From contig CM119269.1 in NCBI GenBank assembly GCA_051294375.1, positions 11,142,883 to 11,206,882 on the forward strand: a stretch of DNA of 64,000 nt, in the 5' to 3' direction. The position numbers and the translations under genes are program-made. Under the pieces are notes generated by a model that was not told where the DNA came from, ran no database searches, and worked only from the letters and a program-made list of their open reading frames with translations. The stretch is from Paraspadella gotoi (lineage: Eukaryota > Animalia > Chaetognatha). Every line of letters begins with the position of its first letter. Position 1 is the first letter of the stretch. Shown one piece after another: positions 1-13,989 of the stretch.

Positions 1-1164
1 TCAGATGGATTTCCACGGGTTCTCATCGGGCTCAACAGTTGTGAGGGATACATAATTAGATATATTATTGGCAACAAAGAGAGATAGAGAGAGATTGAGA
101 TAGATAGAGAGAGATAGAGAGAGTTAGAGAGAGAGCTGGGGTCAACCCCTCGGCGCCGAAACCGTAAATCGATAAGGAACGTCATTCTTTTTTATCGTTT
201 TATGGTTATTTATCTATGTGTCTATATCTATATCAACGAGAGAGAGCTTTGTTTCTCTCTTAAACTAAAAATTAAACTACAGCCAACAGCTATTCTAGAA
301 GAACTTACCCGAATCGCAAAAATTATCATAAATTATATTCAACCGAATCTCGGTCGGTCGGTCATTTTCCTCTCTCCCCTAATCGCCGTTTTCTCTTTTC
401 CTTCCTCAAACTTGTCCGTAATATTTCGCCGGTTTTATCTCTCAGGTCATCATCAAATTCTATGAGAAGTTTAGGAAAAGATTTTTGATCGTTTTATGCT
501 TAGCAAGAGAAAGTCGTCAATATTCGGCCAGTTTTTCTAAAAAATTCTGATTATTTTTCTTCTTATTAAAACTTATATTATCTCCATTTATTCTGCGCTT
601 TTTTCTCAATACAAACTCCCAAAATTTTCATTCGAGATTTTCGTGGATTTATTTTACGGCTCCGAGATTTAGTCAGAATACCTTTTTTCGTTTGAAAAGT
701 TATTGGATCGCCGGAGTCTCATCAGACTCCCGATTTCGAAGTCGTACGAACCCGCGAGTCAAAAATACTTACTAAAGCGACTAAATCCGCCCGTTCTTGT
801 CAACAACTTCACTTGTGTATTTTTTTTTTATCACTCATTTCTTTCTCATGTTTTATTCAAATATTCTTACGACGAAAATAATAACAACAAAAACAACAAC
901 AACTCAGCTGAGAACTTATCACATCGTATCAGTCATCGGAAAGAAAAAGAGTCGGAACGGAGACTTCGAAATTCGATTACATTATAGATGTACCGACGGA
1001 CCGCCCGACGGACAAACGCAAAAGAATCGAGAAGAAAATAGTCGATATCATTCTAAGTGCGTCAATGCCAACCGCTGCGTCCATTAGATATCGCATGTCG
1101 TCCGAAAATAGGAAATAAATAAATTAAAAAAATAAAATAAGGCCTAACGATACATTCTAAAAAA

Positions 1165-1731
1165 AACTAAATCTTTAAAAGCATAAAGATCGAGCCGCTT
1201 TCGATAGTAACAAATATTGATGCGATGATAAACCAATATTGATTGCGATGATACCAAATATTGACGCGATGATAACCAATAATTGATGCGATGATAACAA
1301 AATGCTGATGTGATGATAATCAAATGATTGATGCGATGATAGTCATTCATTGATATGATGATAATCATTCATTGTACGATGATAGTCATTCATTGATGCG
1401 ATGATAGTTGATTCATGACGCGCTGAATCATTCATCGTAAATAAAAAAACAAACAATGTCGTGTATGAGTGAAAGAAGAGGAGAGAGAGAGAGAGAAGGA
1501 GAAGAGAGAGAGAGAGAGAAGGCTGGACAGTTGTTTCCCGCCAACGAAACGCAATATTAGGTCTCTCTCGTTTATATAAAGAATAATCAGAATTTTTAGA
1601 AAAAAAAATCCACGAAATCTCGGATGTAATTTGTGATTTTGTATTGAGAAAAAAGCGCGGAATAAATGGCGATATAAAATTTTAGAAGGAAAAAAAAAGA
1701 AGAGAGAGAGAGAGAGAGGAGAGAGAAGAGG

Positions 1732-1765
<34 letters not shown>

Positions 1766-2596
1766 TGAGAGAGAAAGAGGGAGGGAGAGTGGAGAGAGAG
1801 GAAGAAGAAGAGTGTTTCCCACCAACGAGACGCATTATTAGGTCACTCTCTTTATCTGGTTATCCGTTGCCTCGCCAAAATTGGGTCTATGTTGATTTTT
1901 TATACACGTAACGCGTTATATAGGTCATGTTCCTCGACCTTGTTTACTTGTTGTCCGCAACGACCACGAAATCATGGTTATGTAAGTTATTGTTATTTTG
2001 GGATTTTGTATTGAGATAAAATAATAAATGGCGATAATAAAAGATTTTTAGAAGGAAAAAATCCACGAAAATTCTCGGAATAAATGGCGATAATAAAAGT
2101 TTTAGAAGGAAAAAAAAAGAGGAGAAAGAGAGAGAGAGAGAGAGAGAGAGAAAGGAGATAGAGAGAAAAAGATTGTTCTTTTTTTAGAAGAAACCAGACC
2201 GAGGTCAAATTTAATATTTGATATTTAATTAATTTATAAATAGTTATCACAACTCAAATAATTATTTATTATTAAAAAAAGTTAAAATGATTAAATATAT
2301 ACACTAAAATATTATTTTAAATTTAATAATAGTACAAATTATCAGAATAACAAAAAAAGTAATGTTTAATTTGACTATATCTCTCTTATCAACTCCTATT
2401 TTAGATATATAATTTGCCAATAGTGGGCCAACCGGTCCAAGTTGCAATAATAATAAAAAAATTTTTTTTTTTATAATGTGATGCACGCAATTATATTATT
2501 CGGCGAAAGTGCTGCATATATAATAGGTCACATTAGCTGATTTTTATTTGATAATGCATATCATTATAAGTTATTCTTCATTTTTAAAAAAAATAA

Positions 2597-2641
<45 letters not shown>

Positions 2642-3476
2642 AAAAGAAAAACCGAATTTCTTTTCCAATTATATCTCAGATATAAATTTGGGATTTTGTA
2701 TTGAAAAAAAAAGCGCGGAATAAATGGCGATAATAAAAGTTTTGAGAGGAAAAAAATAATCAGAATTTTTCCAAAAAACGAACGATCGTACAGAGTGAGA
2801 GAGACAGAAAGAGAAAGAGAGACCAAGCGACAGAAACAAAGAGAAAGCTGGAAGCCAGCTGAACAGTCACTGCAGAACTGAACTCGTTTTTTAAGGGTTC
2901 AAAAAAGCAGCAACTGCCAAATATAGGAAAGAAAAATCTATATATATATTTAAAGAAATAAAAGAAAGGCAAAAATATGTTACAATTGTTTACAATTGGA
3001 AATTTTTTCCATTTTTTTCATCGCAGCTTGTAAAAGATTTAATTTATTATTTGTATTAAAATTAAGATATAGCTTCTCATTAAAAAAATCCTTTGAGTTC
3101 CCATTTTTATTATAAAATTTAAAACAAATTTTTTGAATTTCATTTTTCTATATACTATTTGGATATTATAGGAGTACTTTAATCTCATTTGCATATTTGC
3201 AGTAAATCATAATGAAGTTGAAATTCTAAAACAAAATAATACTTAAATCCAAATGTAATGTAAAATATCACAGCTATTTCAAGATGAAAAGCCATATCTA
3301 AATTTTTAAATTACTATGATCGCACACTTTTGTAAACTTTATCATAATTCATAATAATTTTTTATTTTAAAAAAAACGGTAAGTCACAGCCAAACCTATA
3401 AAGACGTAGTAGTTTTTATATATTAGAAAACAGGACGTCGACTGACGACGACGACGTACGACGACGACGACGACGT

Positions 3477-3539
<63 letters not shown>

Positions 3540-3622
3540 GACGAACGATCGAACACGACACAAAGAAGGCAACCCTAAAACATATAGAGCCTGACCCGGC
3601 TTCGCCGGTCAAGGCTCGATAA
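1165..3622 (-). mobile_element. Non-autonomous Helentron-type (HINE/DINE-1/CvA-like) element, copy 1
   Basis: Minus strand starts TTTTTATCGAGCC with hairpin GAGCCTTGACCGGC-GAA-GCCGGGTCAGGCTC, then a (GTC)n microsatellite and internal repeats. It ends with the sub-terminal inverted copy GGCTCGAT, stem-loop ATCTTTA..TAAAGAT and a T-run. Second copy at 5925-8535. Confidence 0.6.
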
Positions 3623-3697
3623 AAAATTACAATATTTGACAGTAGTAGGTTTGATTTTATGTATTGATATAGATATTGATTAGTTTTAAATTTATAC

Positions 3698-6264
3698 ATT
3701 CTCCTTTCGTCCGGTTGTCACGTTATAATATTCGTCACGAACCTGTCGGAACCGTAGCGATGGCAGATGGCGAGGTAGCGGCTCGAACGAATAACTGAGA
3801 ATAACGAGACGTCTGGCGTTTGTGGAAGGTCTCGGAGCCGAGTCGAAGTAAAGCGCGAATACCGCCGCGCCAGCGCCTAGCGGGGACGGTGATGAACGTG
3901 ACCTGAACAAAAGTCACCGAACCCTCAAAACCCATCCTAGACACACCTCCCATTGCTGAAAAATAGCTCGAGCCGCTAATCTTTTTGTCTTGTATTCCTT
4001 CTCCTGTGGGGGGAAAACAAGACGCCTCAAAACTCAGAAGATTAAAGAATAGAGGAAGCGAGTGAAAGAAGGCAGAAAAGGAATAAATGAAAAGGGACTA
4101 AGAAGGGTGGCGGAACAGAAGGCAGTAATTGTGGTGACTAAGTATATTATGTTAAAGATACCTGCTTGTGGGGGGGGAAAGGAGCAATAGATCAAGGGAA
4201 GAAAATATTAAGAGCAGAGGAAAGAACTACCAACACAGATCGAAATGGACAACAAGTGGAAAGAAATCGAGAAAGAAAGACTCCCGATACCCGTAAGAAG
4301 AACCGAAGAATAAATAAAGTATAGATCAAAGAGGGATAAGTTAAAAAGAGAAGTAAAATAGTAAAATAAGAAAGTAAAAACAAATACGATGAGTAGGAAA
4401 AAAAGAAAGAAGATATCATCTTTAATCTAAAAAAATGAAGCGAACATCGAATAAGAAGATTAACAGAGAAACCTTCTCGTGGGGCTTTATAAACGGATTT
4501 TTATTTACTTTCCTAGATTCTTCTATCTGCTTTCTTCTCTCAATCATCCTTATTTCTTTCTTTCTAACTGTCTCCACATTATCTATTCCAATTCATCTCC
4601 ATCTCCCAATCTCCATTTCAATTTCATCTCATCTCCATTTCTCCATCTCCAATCTCATCCAAATCTCCATTCCAATTTCTCCAATTCATTCCAATCTTCC
4701 ATCTCAATTCTCCATCTTCAATCTCCAATCAATCTCCTCCATCTCATTCAATCTCCATCTCCAATCATCCATTCCACTCATCTCCATCTCCAATCTCCAT
4801 CTCCAATTCTCCAACTCCATTTCTCCATTTTCTCCAATCATCCTTCCAATTCTCCATTCTCCCAATCTCCATCCTTCAATATCTCCATCCAATTCTCCAT
4901 CTCCAATCTCCATTCCACATTCATCCAACTTTCCAATTCTCCATTCCTCATATTCTCCATCTCCAAAACTCCATCCAATCCATTCAATCATCTCCATATA
5001 TCTCCATTCCAATTCTCCAATCTCCATTCCAATTCTCCATTTCCAATCTCCCATTCCAATTCTCCATCTTCAATCTCCATTTCAAATATCTCCATCTCCA
5101 ATCTCCAATCCAATTCAGCCATCTCCAATCTCCATTCCAATTCTCCAATCTCCATTCCAATTCTCCAATTCCAATCTCCATTCAATTCTCCATCTTCATC
5201 TCCATTTCAATTCTCCATCTCCAATCTCCAATCAATTCTCCATCTCCAATTCCATTCCAATTCTCCAATCTCCATTCCAATTCTCCATCTCCAATCCAAT
5301 TCTCCAATCTTCCATTTCAAATTCTCCATCTTCAAATCTCCATTCAAATTCTCCATCTCCAATCTCCAATCATTCTCATCTCCAATCTCCATTCAATTCT
5401 CCATCATCTCAATCTCCATTTCAATTCTCCATCTCTCCAATCTCCATTTCAATTCTCCATATCTCCAATCTCCATTACAATTCCCCATCTCAATCTCCAT
5501 TCCAATTCTCCATTTCCAATCTCCATTTTCAATTTCTCCATCTCCTATTTTCTCCAATCTCCATTTCAATTCTCCATCTCCAATCTTCATTTCAATTCTC
5601 CATCTCCAATCTCCATTCTCCGCTTACATTCCGTTTTTCACGCTCTGTTTGATCTCTTACTTTTTATTGGTTAGAAGATCTTGTATGAGCGTAAAGGCGA
5701 TGATAACAAATTTTATTAAGCATTATCGAAAGAAAAAAGCTCTCACCTCGTGCAGTAAAACGCAGGTCCAGTGACGCCAAGTCGTAGAAAGCCAGCGCGC
5801 GCGAGATAAATGAACATCCACCGCGCTCATCCTCTCTTGCTGCGAGAAAATCAAGGGAAATGTAGGGAGTAGAAAATAAGGGAAAAAATGATAAGATGAA
5901 GATGAAAATACGTAAGAAAGAAAAGAATATACTTAAAAGCATCAATAGATCGAGCCGCTTTCGCAGTAGCCATATTGATGCGATGATAACCAAATATTGA
6001 TGCGATGATAACCAAATATTGACGCGATGATAACCAATAATTGATTGCGATGATAACCAAATGATGCATTGATAGAATGACTGATAAGTAATATGATTTA
6101 TGCGGATGATAGTCATTCATTGATATGATGATAATCATTCATTATAAGAAAGTAGTCATTCATTGTGATGCGATGATAGTGATTCATTGACTACGCTGAA
6201 TCATTCATCGTAAATAAAAACAAATACAAAATGCGTGTATGAGCGTGAAAGAGAGAGAGACGAG

Positions 6265-6297
<33 letters not shown>

Positions 6298-6507
6298 GCT
6301 TGAGACAGTTTTCCGCCAACGAAAGCGCACTATTATTAGGTCTCTCTCGTTTATATAAAGAATAATCAGAATTTTTAGAAAAAAAAATCCACGAAAATCT
6401 CGGATGTAAATTTGTGATTTTGAGTGAGGAAAAAAGCGCCGGAATATAAATGGGCGATAATAAAAGTTTTTAGAAGGAAAAAAAAAAGAGGAGAGAGAGG
6501 GGATGAG

Positions 6508-6538
<31 letters not shown>

Positions 6539-9500
6539 GAGGAAGGGAGAGTGAGAAAAGAGGAGAGAGAGTTTTCCACCACCACGCAGACAGCATTATT
6601 AGGGTCACTCTCGTTCATATATCGGTTATCCGTTGCCTACGCAACGGCGTCGTGAAATTGGGTTCTATGTTGATTTTTTTTTTATTACACGTAACGCGTT
6701 ATTAGGTCATGTTCCTCGACCATTGTTTACTTGTTGCTCCGCCGCAACGACGCACGAATCTAGGTTAAGTAAGTTATTGTATTTGGGATTTTGTATTGAG
6801 AGATAAAATAATAAATGGCGATAATAAAAGTTTTTAGAAGGAAAAAATCCACGAAAATCTCGGAATAAATGGCGATAATAAAAGTTTTTTAGAAGGAAAA
6901 AAAAAGAGAGAGAAGAGAAGAGAGAGAGAGAGAGAGAGAGAAGAGAAAGAGAGATAGAGAGAAAAGATTGTTCTTTTTTTAGGAAGAAACCAGACCGGAG
7001 GTCAAATTTAATATTTGCATATTTAATTAATTTATAAATAGTTTTATCACAACTCAAATAATTATTATTTTAAAAAAAAGTTAAAAATGATTAAAATATT
7101 TACACTAAAAATATTTATAAATTTAATAATGAGTACAAATTATCAGAATAACAAAAAAAGTAATGTTTAATTTGACTATATCTCTCTTATCAACTCCTAT
7201 TTTAGATATAATTTGCCAATAGTGGGCCAACGGTCCAAAGTTGCAATAATAAATAAAACAAAAATTTTTTTTTTATTAATGTGATGCACTGCAATTATAT
7301 TATTCGGCGAAAGTGCTGCATATATAATAGGTCACATTAGCTGATTTATATGTGATAATGCATATCATTATAAGTTATTCTTCATTTTTTTAAAAAATAA
7401 TAAGGAAGAGAGAGAGAGACGATGAACGAGAGTGAGAGAGAGAGAGAGAAAGAAAAAGAAAAACCGAATTTCTTTTCCAATTTATATCTCAGATATAATT
7501 GGGATTTCTTGTATTGAAAAAAAAAAGGCGCGGAAATAAATGGCGATAATAAAAGTTTTGAGAAGGAAAAAAATAATCAGAATTTTTCAAAAAACGAACG
7601 ATCGTACAGAGTGAGAGAGAACAGAAAACAGAGAGACGAGAAAGAGAGCAGAAAGAGAAAAAAGAGAGACAAAGAGACAGAGAGAGAAGAAGAGAAAGCT
7701 GGAAGCCCAGCTGAACAGTCACTGCAGAACCTGAACTCGTTTTTTAAGGGTTCAGAAAAAAGCAGCAACTTGATAGGAAGAAATCTATATATAATTTAAG
7801 AAATAAAAGAAGGCAAAAAATATGTTACAATTGTTTACAATTGGAAATTTTTCCAATTTTTTCCAATCGCAGCTTGTAAAAGATTTTAATTTATATTTGT
7901 ATTAAAATTAAGATATAGCTTCTCATTTAAAAAATCCTTTGAGTTCCCATTTTTATTAAAAATTTTAAACAAATTTTTGGATTTCATCTTCATATTATTA
8001 TATACTGAATATGTAAATAGATTAAAGCATTTCTTATAACTATTTGATTTATAAGGAGTACTTTAATCTCATTTGCATATTGCAGTAAAGATCATAATGA
8101 AGTGGATAATTCATAATCAAAAAATACTTAAATCCAAATGTAAGTATGAAAATATCACAGCTATTTCAAGATGGAAAAGCCCCATATCTAATTTTGAACT
8201 TACTATGATCGCACACTTTTGTAAAACTTTAATCATTAATTCATAATAATTTTTATTTAAAAAAACGACGGTAAGTCACAGCCAAACTATAGAAGGCGTG
8301 AGATAGTTTTCTAATTATATTGCAACAACAGCGTGACGGCACGACGCGCCGTACGACGTACCGACGGAACGAGACGAACGAGCGACGCGGACGACACGTG
8401 ATGACGCTACGTGACTGACCCGCCACGACGACGGACAGAACACGCACGAGCGACGACGACGACCGTCACAAAGAAAGCAACTCCCGGTAAAAACATTTAT
8501 AGAGCCTGACCCGGCTTCGCCGGTCAAGGCTCGATAATAAAGAAAGAAATAAAAAAATAAAAAATTAGAAAGAAAGAAAAAATTCTCAGAAGGCAAACTC
8601 TATAACTCCTATAGTTACGGTTATTTAGGTGGGATCTTTTGGGTAAAAAATTCGTCATTTTTTCTGTATTCCCCCTTCGGTAAGCCAACGCTCTCTCGTC
8701 ACTTTTGGACATGGGCTCCATAATTATAATAATAATAATAATAATAATAATCCCCCCCGCTCTCCATAATTTTTAGGGGCCCCATTAAAAGTGAAATGGA
8801 CTATATCACTAAAACAGTTGGGACATTACCAATAAAGGGGCTTTGATTTGACTTAAATAGGGGCCCAAATAAAGTATAAAAGGGGCCCAAGCATTATCTA
8901 ACTAGAATTTGATCAGTTAGACTATCTGCACAGACTGAACCTTTTTTCATAATCACTCGATTCCTTTTTTTTATCTTTCTTCTTTTTTTCTTCTTTTCTT
9001 TCCTCATTTTTCTTCTTTTCTTTTCTACTTTTTTTCTCTCTTCTCAGGGGCCCTCTCTCTCTCCCGGGCCCCTCGCCTGAGGCGAGGGTGTCCCCCCTTC
9101 TCGCTGCCCCTGCTTTTGGGACATAGCAACTAAGTTCAAAAATCGCCATCTTGTTTCGTTTTCGTTTATAAAATTTATTATAAAATTTTATTTTATAATG
9201 GATATTTCAATTTTATAAAATAATTGCGGATTTTTTTTAAGTAAATGCCATTTTTGAAGCAGGGGACAAGCTTGAGTAATTATTACTTTTAAAAAAATGT
9301 GTTTAAATTAGATGTTGTAAAGTATACATATGAAAAATCTTTTAATGATTTTAAATATTTACGTAAACTGCCGAGTGCTGAGCATTCCCAGTTGATAATA
9401 TAGAGGGCGAGAGTCTTAAGGGGTGAACTTAGGCAAAATTGTTTTCTTAAATAGAGAGTCTTAAAGGGTGAACTTAGGCAAAATTGTTTTCTTAAATAGG

Positions 9501-10514
9501 TAATAGGCAATTTTTTGGTTTACCTAGTAGTTAACTGAATAAAAGTAGGCAATTTTTAATTGAGGAAATGAGCTTTAAAAATAAGATATAACTGACAAAT
9601 TTATGATTTAATTTGCTAAGATTTAAAAGGGAAATATTTTCTTCAATAATTTAAAACCAAATAATATTCAATTAAATTTAAAATTAAAAAAATTACAAAA
9701 TAGGATATTTTTCGGTATTAATTTTTAAACAAAATCTTTATCAAATATAAAACTTTAATTTGCTCAACATTGAAATTCAATTGGTTTTAGCCCAAATATT
9801 TTTAGAATATTTTCAATGAAAGACAAAATAATTTTGTAAAATAAAATTAATAGCTAAAAATATTTATTCAGATTTAACCAAGTTTGGTGACAGGGGTTGG
9901 ATTATATAATGGATTATATAATTGTTTTTAATTAAGATAAACATTTTTCTGAATGTTCAAAGATGTCATTTTTTATTTTGAGTTAAAATCTTTGTTAATG
10001 ATGAAAAAATAGAAGGAAAACTTTTTTGGATTTTTAGAGAAAAAAATTTAACAACAATGTTTTTTATTATGATTAAACATACATGTTTCGATTTAATTTG
10101 CAAGTTTTTATCAGTGCTTATTTAGTTTTGATAGTACATAATTTTTTGTTTCACAAATAAACAGTGAAAGGGATGGAGAGAAAGAGAGAGAGAGAGAGAG
10201 AAATAAATGTTTGCAACAAAGAATTAAAAAAATGACAGTGGTCAGCTTTGAGGATAAGGTAAGTTTGAGCAGAGAGAAAGAAGGTGGTGAGGAAAAGAAA
10301 TTGAAATTTGGCAGAGAGAAAGAAAGATGAATAATGTATAAGATGTATAAGATGTATAATGTATTGATCTAATTGTTGACCTCTGCATCTCTCTCTCTCT
10401 CTCTGCCAAATTTTAAATTTCTTTTCCTCACCACCTTCTCTCTCTCTCTGCTCAAACTTACCCTATCCTCAAAACTGACCACTGTCCTTTTTTTATTTCT
10501 TTGTTAAAAACATT

Positions 10515-10556
<42 letters not shown>

Positions 10557-11879
10557 TCCATCCTTCTCACTGTTTACTTGTGAAACAAAAAATTATGTAT
10601 TATCAAAATTAAATAAGCACTGATGAAGATTTGCAAATTAAGTCGAAATATGTATGTTTAATCATAATAAAAGTCGTTGTTGTTAAAGAAATTCTTTTTC
10701 TCTCCAAATCTTAAAAACACAACGAAAGAAAGAAACAACACAATATTTGAAAATTATATCCATAGGATATTACTTTCTATATTGAGCTCGAATTTTTTAA
10801 TTTAATCAGCTTGGGAGGTATTGAGTAATCCATATCATATTCTGCAAATAATTCTAGTAAGCTTTCCATTTTTATTAAGATACAAAATATTTTTGGGCGA
10901 CTTGAGTCTTGGCTACATTGTTACATGATCTTTGATCGAGGTTTTAATCTTGTCAATCACTATCAGTGATACAACTGAATTACGTACATTGCAAATCTCT
11001 TTAAATGTGATGCATCACTCATTGTTATTAATAATTTCTTTTACTATCTGTTAATTAATGAATTAATTAATTAATATCAATGTAATTAATCTTCCTTAAT
11101 AATTTTATTGCTTCTGGTTCTGGTAGTAGCCAAGTAGATTACAGACTTAATGCCATGCTACTATTGATAATCATATTTCATACCATCTGGGAAAAGTATT
11201 TTTGGGCTTAAAATATAGTAATAACAAATTGAAATTATAGTTGATAACGAAATTAAAACAATAAAAGAAATATATTGTTTTATTTATCTTTAAAAATAAA
11301 TATAAGCAAAATATTTTGATTCAGAAATTGCCTATATTAATTAAGAAAAATCATTTCTTTACCTAGGCAATTTCAGAAACACTTTGCTCAGTTAATCAGG
11401 CAAAATATTACCTAAGTTCACCCCTTAGTCTGGGTCAAGGAGCTTTATTTTTATTTAACTTCGGCTTACCGAAGGTGGAGAAGCCACATACATACCCATA
11501 CTTTTTGATAATAATTAATGTATTCCAGTTATAGAGCTTGCCCTCTCAGAAATTCTGTAAGTAGTAGGCGCCAAAATTTTTAATTTACTACTCATAGTTA
11601 TTCTCCTTTTTTTTATTCATTTCATCATTATTTAATGTTTCCCTTTTTTCGTGACTTTCGTGACGTCATTTTCTCCATCACCAGCTGAATCGAACAAAGA
11701 AAGTAGTTCGACCCCGACTGACCAGTGAGATTGACGATGTTGGCGACGACGCCGAAGGAGAAAATGATGTAGATGGCGACCGTCCTGAACTCGTTGATCT
11801 TAAACATTTGACATATCTGAAGTCCCGGATCTTTCTCGAACCCGTTCCAAGCCACGGAGTCGCAGTAGTCGAAATCCAT
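3698..11879 (-). CDS. Rhodopsin-class GPCR (FMRFamide/peptide-receptor-like or chemoreceptor), partial model; downstream exons frameshifted in this assembly
   Basis: Exon 11723-~11950 encodes MDFDYC...TVAIYIIFSFGVVANIVNLT (TM1, GxxxN motif; upstream in-frame NTS/NST sequons) and ends at donor GTCAGT. Exon ~5850-5747 gives MFIYL-RALAFYDLASL (TM2 LAxxD) ending at GTGAGA. Exon 3902-~3698 (acceptor TTTTGTTCAG) gives LVILSYSFE-RYLAICH (TM3 ERY motif) after removing a 1-nt insertion. A further probable exon lies at ~930-1105. The true start may be upstream. Confidence 0.7.
4570..5620. repeat. Low-complexity TCCAAT/TCCATC/TCCATT hexamer-like repeat
   Basis: About 1 kb of G-poor TCCA(A/T)(T/C) units; explains the spurious 405/431-aa ORFs. 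Confidence 0.85.
5925..8535 (-). mobile_element. Non-autonomous Helentron-type element, copy 2
   Basis: Colinear with 1165-3622 over ~2.5 kb with the same terminal hairpin; differences are mostly small indels. Confidence 0.6.
10028..10710. mobile_element. Penelope-like inverted terminal-repeat remnant (~300-bp arms)
   Basis: 10028-10329 is the reverse complement of 10387-10710; each arm holds a minimal hammerhead (the left one has CTGATAA, mutated). Confidence 0.65.
10615..10659 (+). ncRNA. Minimal type I hammerhead ribozyme (PLE-type)
   Basis: AAGCA-CTGATGA-A-GATTT/AAGTC-GAAA-TATG-TA^TGTTT: stem I AAGCA/TGTTT, stem II, palindromic mini stem III, GUA cleavage triplet. Confidence 0.7.
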
Positions 11880-12429
11880 GGTGGAGTTAACGTAAGCAGG
11901 CTGCGAGGTGGTCACCGCCTCCAAGGCGTGAAGGTCGATGCTTGTATTCGCAAGAAAATTCCGTCGGAGATTTGTTAAATGTGTAACTAAATACGTGACA
12001 CCGGATTTTCGATGAAACCAAGGTGACTATCTTGATTCAGCTATGTACTTATTTTTTTAACAATTAACAATTAACGATTATGATACTGATAGATCGATTA
12101 ACTTTTTCTATTAATTGTTTTTATACATTATAATTCTGAGGTTTTTTCTTGATGATAAGGTTTTTTTTCTGAGATTTTAGTTTCACCAACCATCCAGTAA
12201 TGAAGAAGATTTGGTAATCTCATAGTCATTTGGAAGCGACGTTGAAAAATTCGTAAAACTCATATTAGAGTTACTCATATTTCGAGCTGTAAAAATATTT
12301 AAATTTACACAGAAGTATTAAACGTATTTTTTTCTATTATTCTATTAACAAATTTATTATTTTTGGATATATTTCCAATGACAAATACGTGAAACTTTAT
12401 TCGAGCTAGTGAAACGACGAAAATATTCA

Positions 12430-12528
12430 ACGCGTCTTTGCGAGACAACGCTCCTTCCATCTTTCGCTCGCTGTGCCACGCGCCTTCACTAACACTTGGG
12501 CAAGGAATATCACAGCGATTTCCTTGAG
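12430..12528 (+). promoter_or_regulatory. Possible non-coding first exon of the TBC gene, head-to-head with the GPCR
   Basis: CpG-rich patch ending in strong donor GAG|GTGAGT (12529); candidate acceptor CTCTTTTCAG at 15691-15700 upstream of ATG 15810. Confidence 0.35.
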
Positions 12529-13304
12529 GTGAGTGTTTTCATATTTCTCTCTCCTATTAATCTAGTAATCCATGGAAAACTTTTCGCTTGAATTTTTATA
12601 AAAACCTTAAAAAATATTTTTTACGTAAATAAACTTCAAACTTTAAGAAAGTAAAATAGTAAAGAAAAACTTTTTTTCGTGCTTTGTAGTTGTATCCGCA
12701 ATAAATTATCAGCAGCCCTGTTTAACTGGCCATTATACTTTATAATTTATAATTTATAGTAATGAAAAATTTCAAGATTACGTGTTTTACGATGAGATTG
12801 GTACAACTAATATAAAATTATCCATTCATTTCATCGATGATATTGCCCTTTCCCTATGAATTAAGTAGTATAATATTTCAAAGAATGTTTGGATTGTATA
12901 AAGGACCACTCCCATAAGTATTAGATTGGGGAATACTGTATTGTACTTCGAACTAGCATCGAAATACAAAGAGCTGCATTTATGAGGAAGAAGATAAAAA
13001 AAAAATTCGTTTCTTTACGGAAAATAAAAATTAGGACCGTGACAATAATGATCTTAAATACGCTGAATTAATCGGATAAGATATTTGTTCTTATTTTTTA
13101 TTATTAAAATTTTTCTTCAAAATATTATTATTATATTTTATTATAAATATTTATTATTAATATTATATGATTAATTTTAAATTTTTTTTAAATGTTATTT
13201 CAAAGAATGTTTCGATTGTATTAGCCTAAATTCGACAAAATTTCAAAATGAACTTATATGGTGGACTAAAAATCCACCAACCGTTCTAGTCCAGTGGTCG
13301 CCAA

Positions 13305-13390
13305 GCAGTTTAAAGGGACGGGGCACTTTAGTAAAGTCTTTACTCCCCTGTAACACGGTGTTACAGCCTGATCCAAAGCTCAGGGACTGC
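13305..13390 (+). ncRNA. Twister ribozyme-like fold (type P5), degenerate
   Basis: GCAGTT..GG GACGG [P1 hairpin] TTA CTC CC CTGTAACA/TGTTACAG CCTGA TCCAAAGC TCAGG GACTGC; the T1 and T2 pseudoknot bases are mutated relative to the 59.2 kb copy. Confidence 0.5.
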
Positions 13391-13566
13391 TTATATTGAA
13401 CGGTTCTGTCACTAACTCATAACAGGCAGTGTCTACGAAACGCCTTTCTTAAACCATTGATTTCTAACTGTAAAAATTACTACTTTTTAGTGTCTCGTTT
13501 GATTCTTCTGGTCATTCTGGTCATTTCTCTCTTTTTTTCCTCTTTTTCTCTCTCTCTCTCTCTTTT

Positions 13567-13659
13567 TCTACCCACCTGCAGTGACGGACTACAGCCCGAT
13601 AAGCGTTCGGGACCTTGTGTGCAACGGATGGTGAACTGCTCGCGGCATCGTCTTCCACA
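13567..13659 (+). mobile_element. 3' fragment of family-B twister LTR
   Basis: Matches 57840-57935 (ACTACAGCCCGA..TCGGGACCTTGTGTG..CTTCCACA). Confidence 0.65.
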
Positions 13660-13989
13660 ACTATCTCTTTCTCTCTCTCTTTTGGTTTCTCTCTTTCTTT
13701 CTCTCTTTCTTTCGCTCTCTCTTTCTTTCTCTTTTTTTTGCTTTCTTTCATTCTATATCGCAATGTTGCCCATAATCTTTCTTCCTTTCTTTCTTTCTTT
13801 CCTTTCTTTCTTTCTTTCTTTCTTCCTTCCTCTCTCATTTTTTCTTTCTTTATTTATTTAATTCTATATTGTGGTATTCTTTTCGTTTCGTTGTGTTTTG
13901 GTATTTAGCGAAAACAAAGTTTAGATTTGTAGTACAATGATTTTTTTAATAGAAACAGACATGTTTCGACTCTTGTTCGAGTCTTCAAA

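Larger units (their letters stand above)
9417..11427. mobile_element. Nested non-autonomous TIR element
   Basis: TAAGGGGTGAACTTAGG ... CCTAAGTTCACCCCTTA with GTCT on both flanks; the left end is tandemly duplicated (45 bp). Confidence 0.6.
8589..11545. mobile_element. Non-autonomous TIR DNA element (Harbinger-like by 3-bp TSD)
   Basis: GAAGGCAAACTCTATAACT ... AGTTATAGAGCTTGCCCTC termini, subterminal CCTTCGGTAAGCC/GGCTTACCGAAGG, TCA on both flanks. Confidence 0.55.

Noticed and set aside
4435-5774. 405- and 431-aa ORFs
   Set aside because: They are translations of a G-poor TCCAAT-type repeat inside a GPCR intron; stop codons are compositionally rare there.
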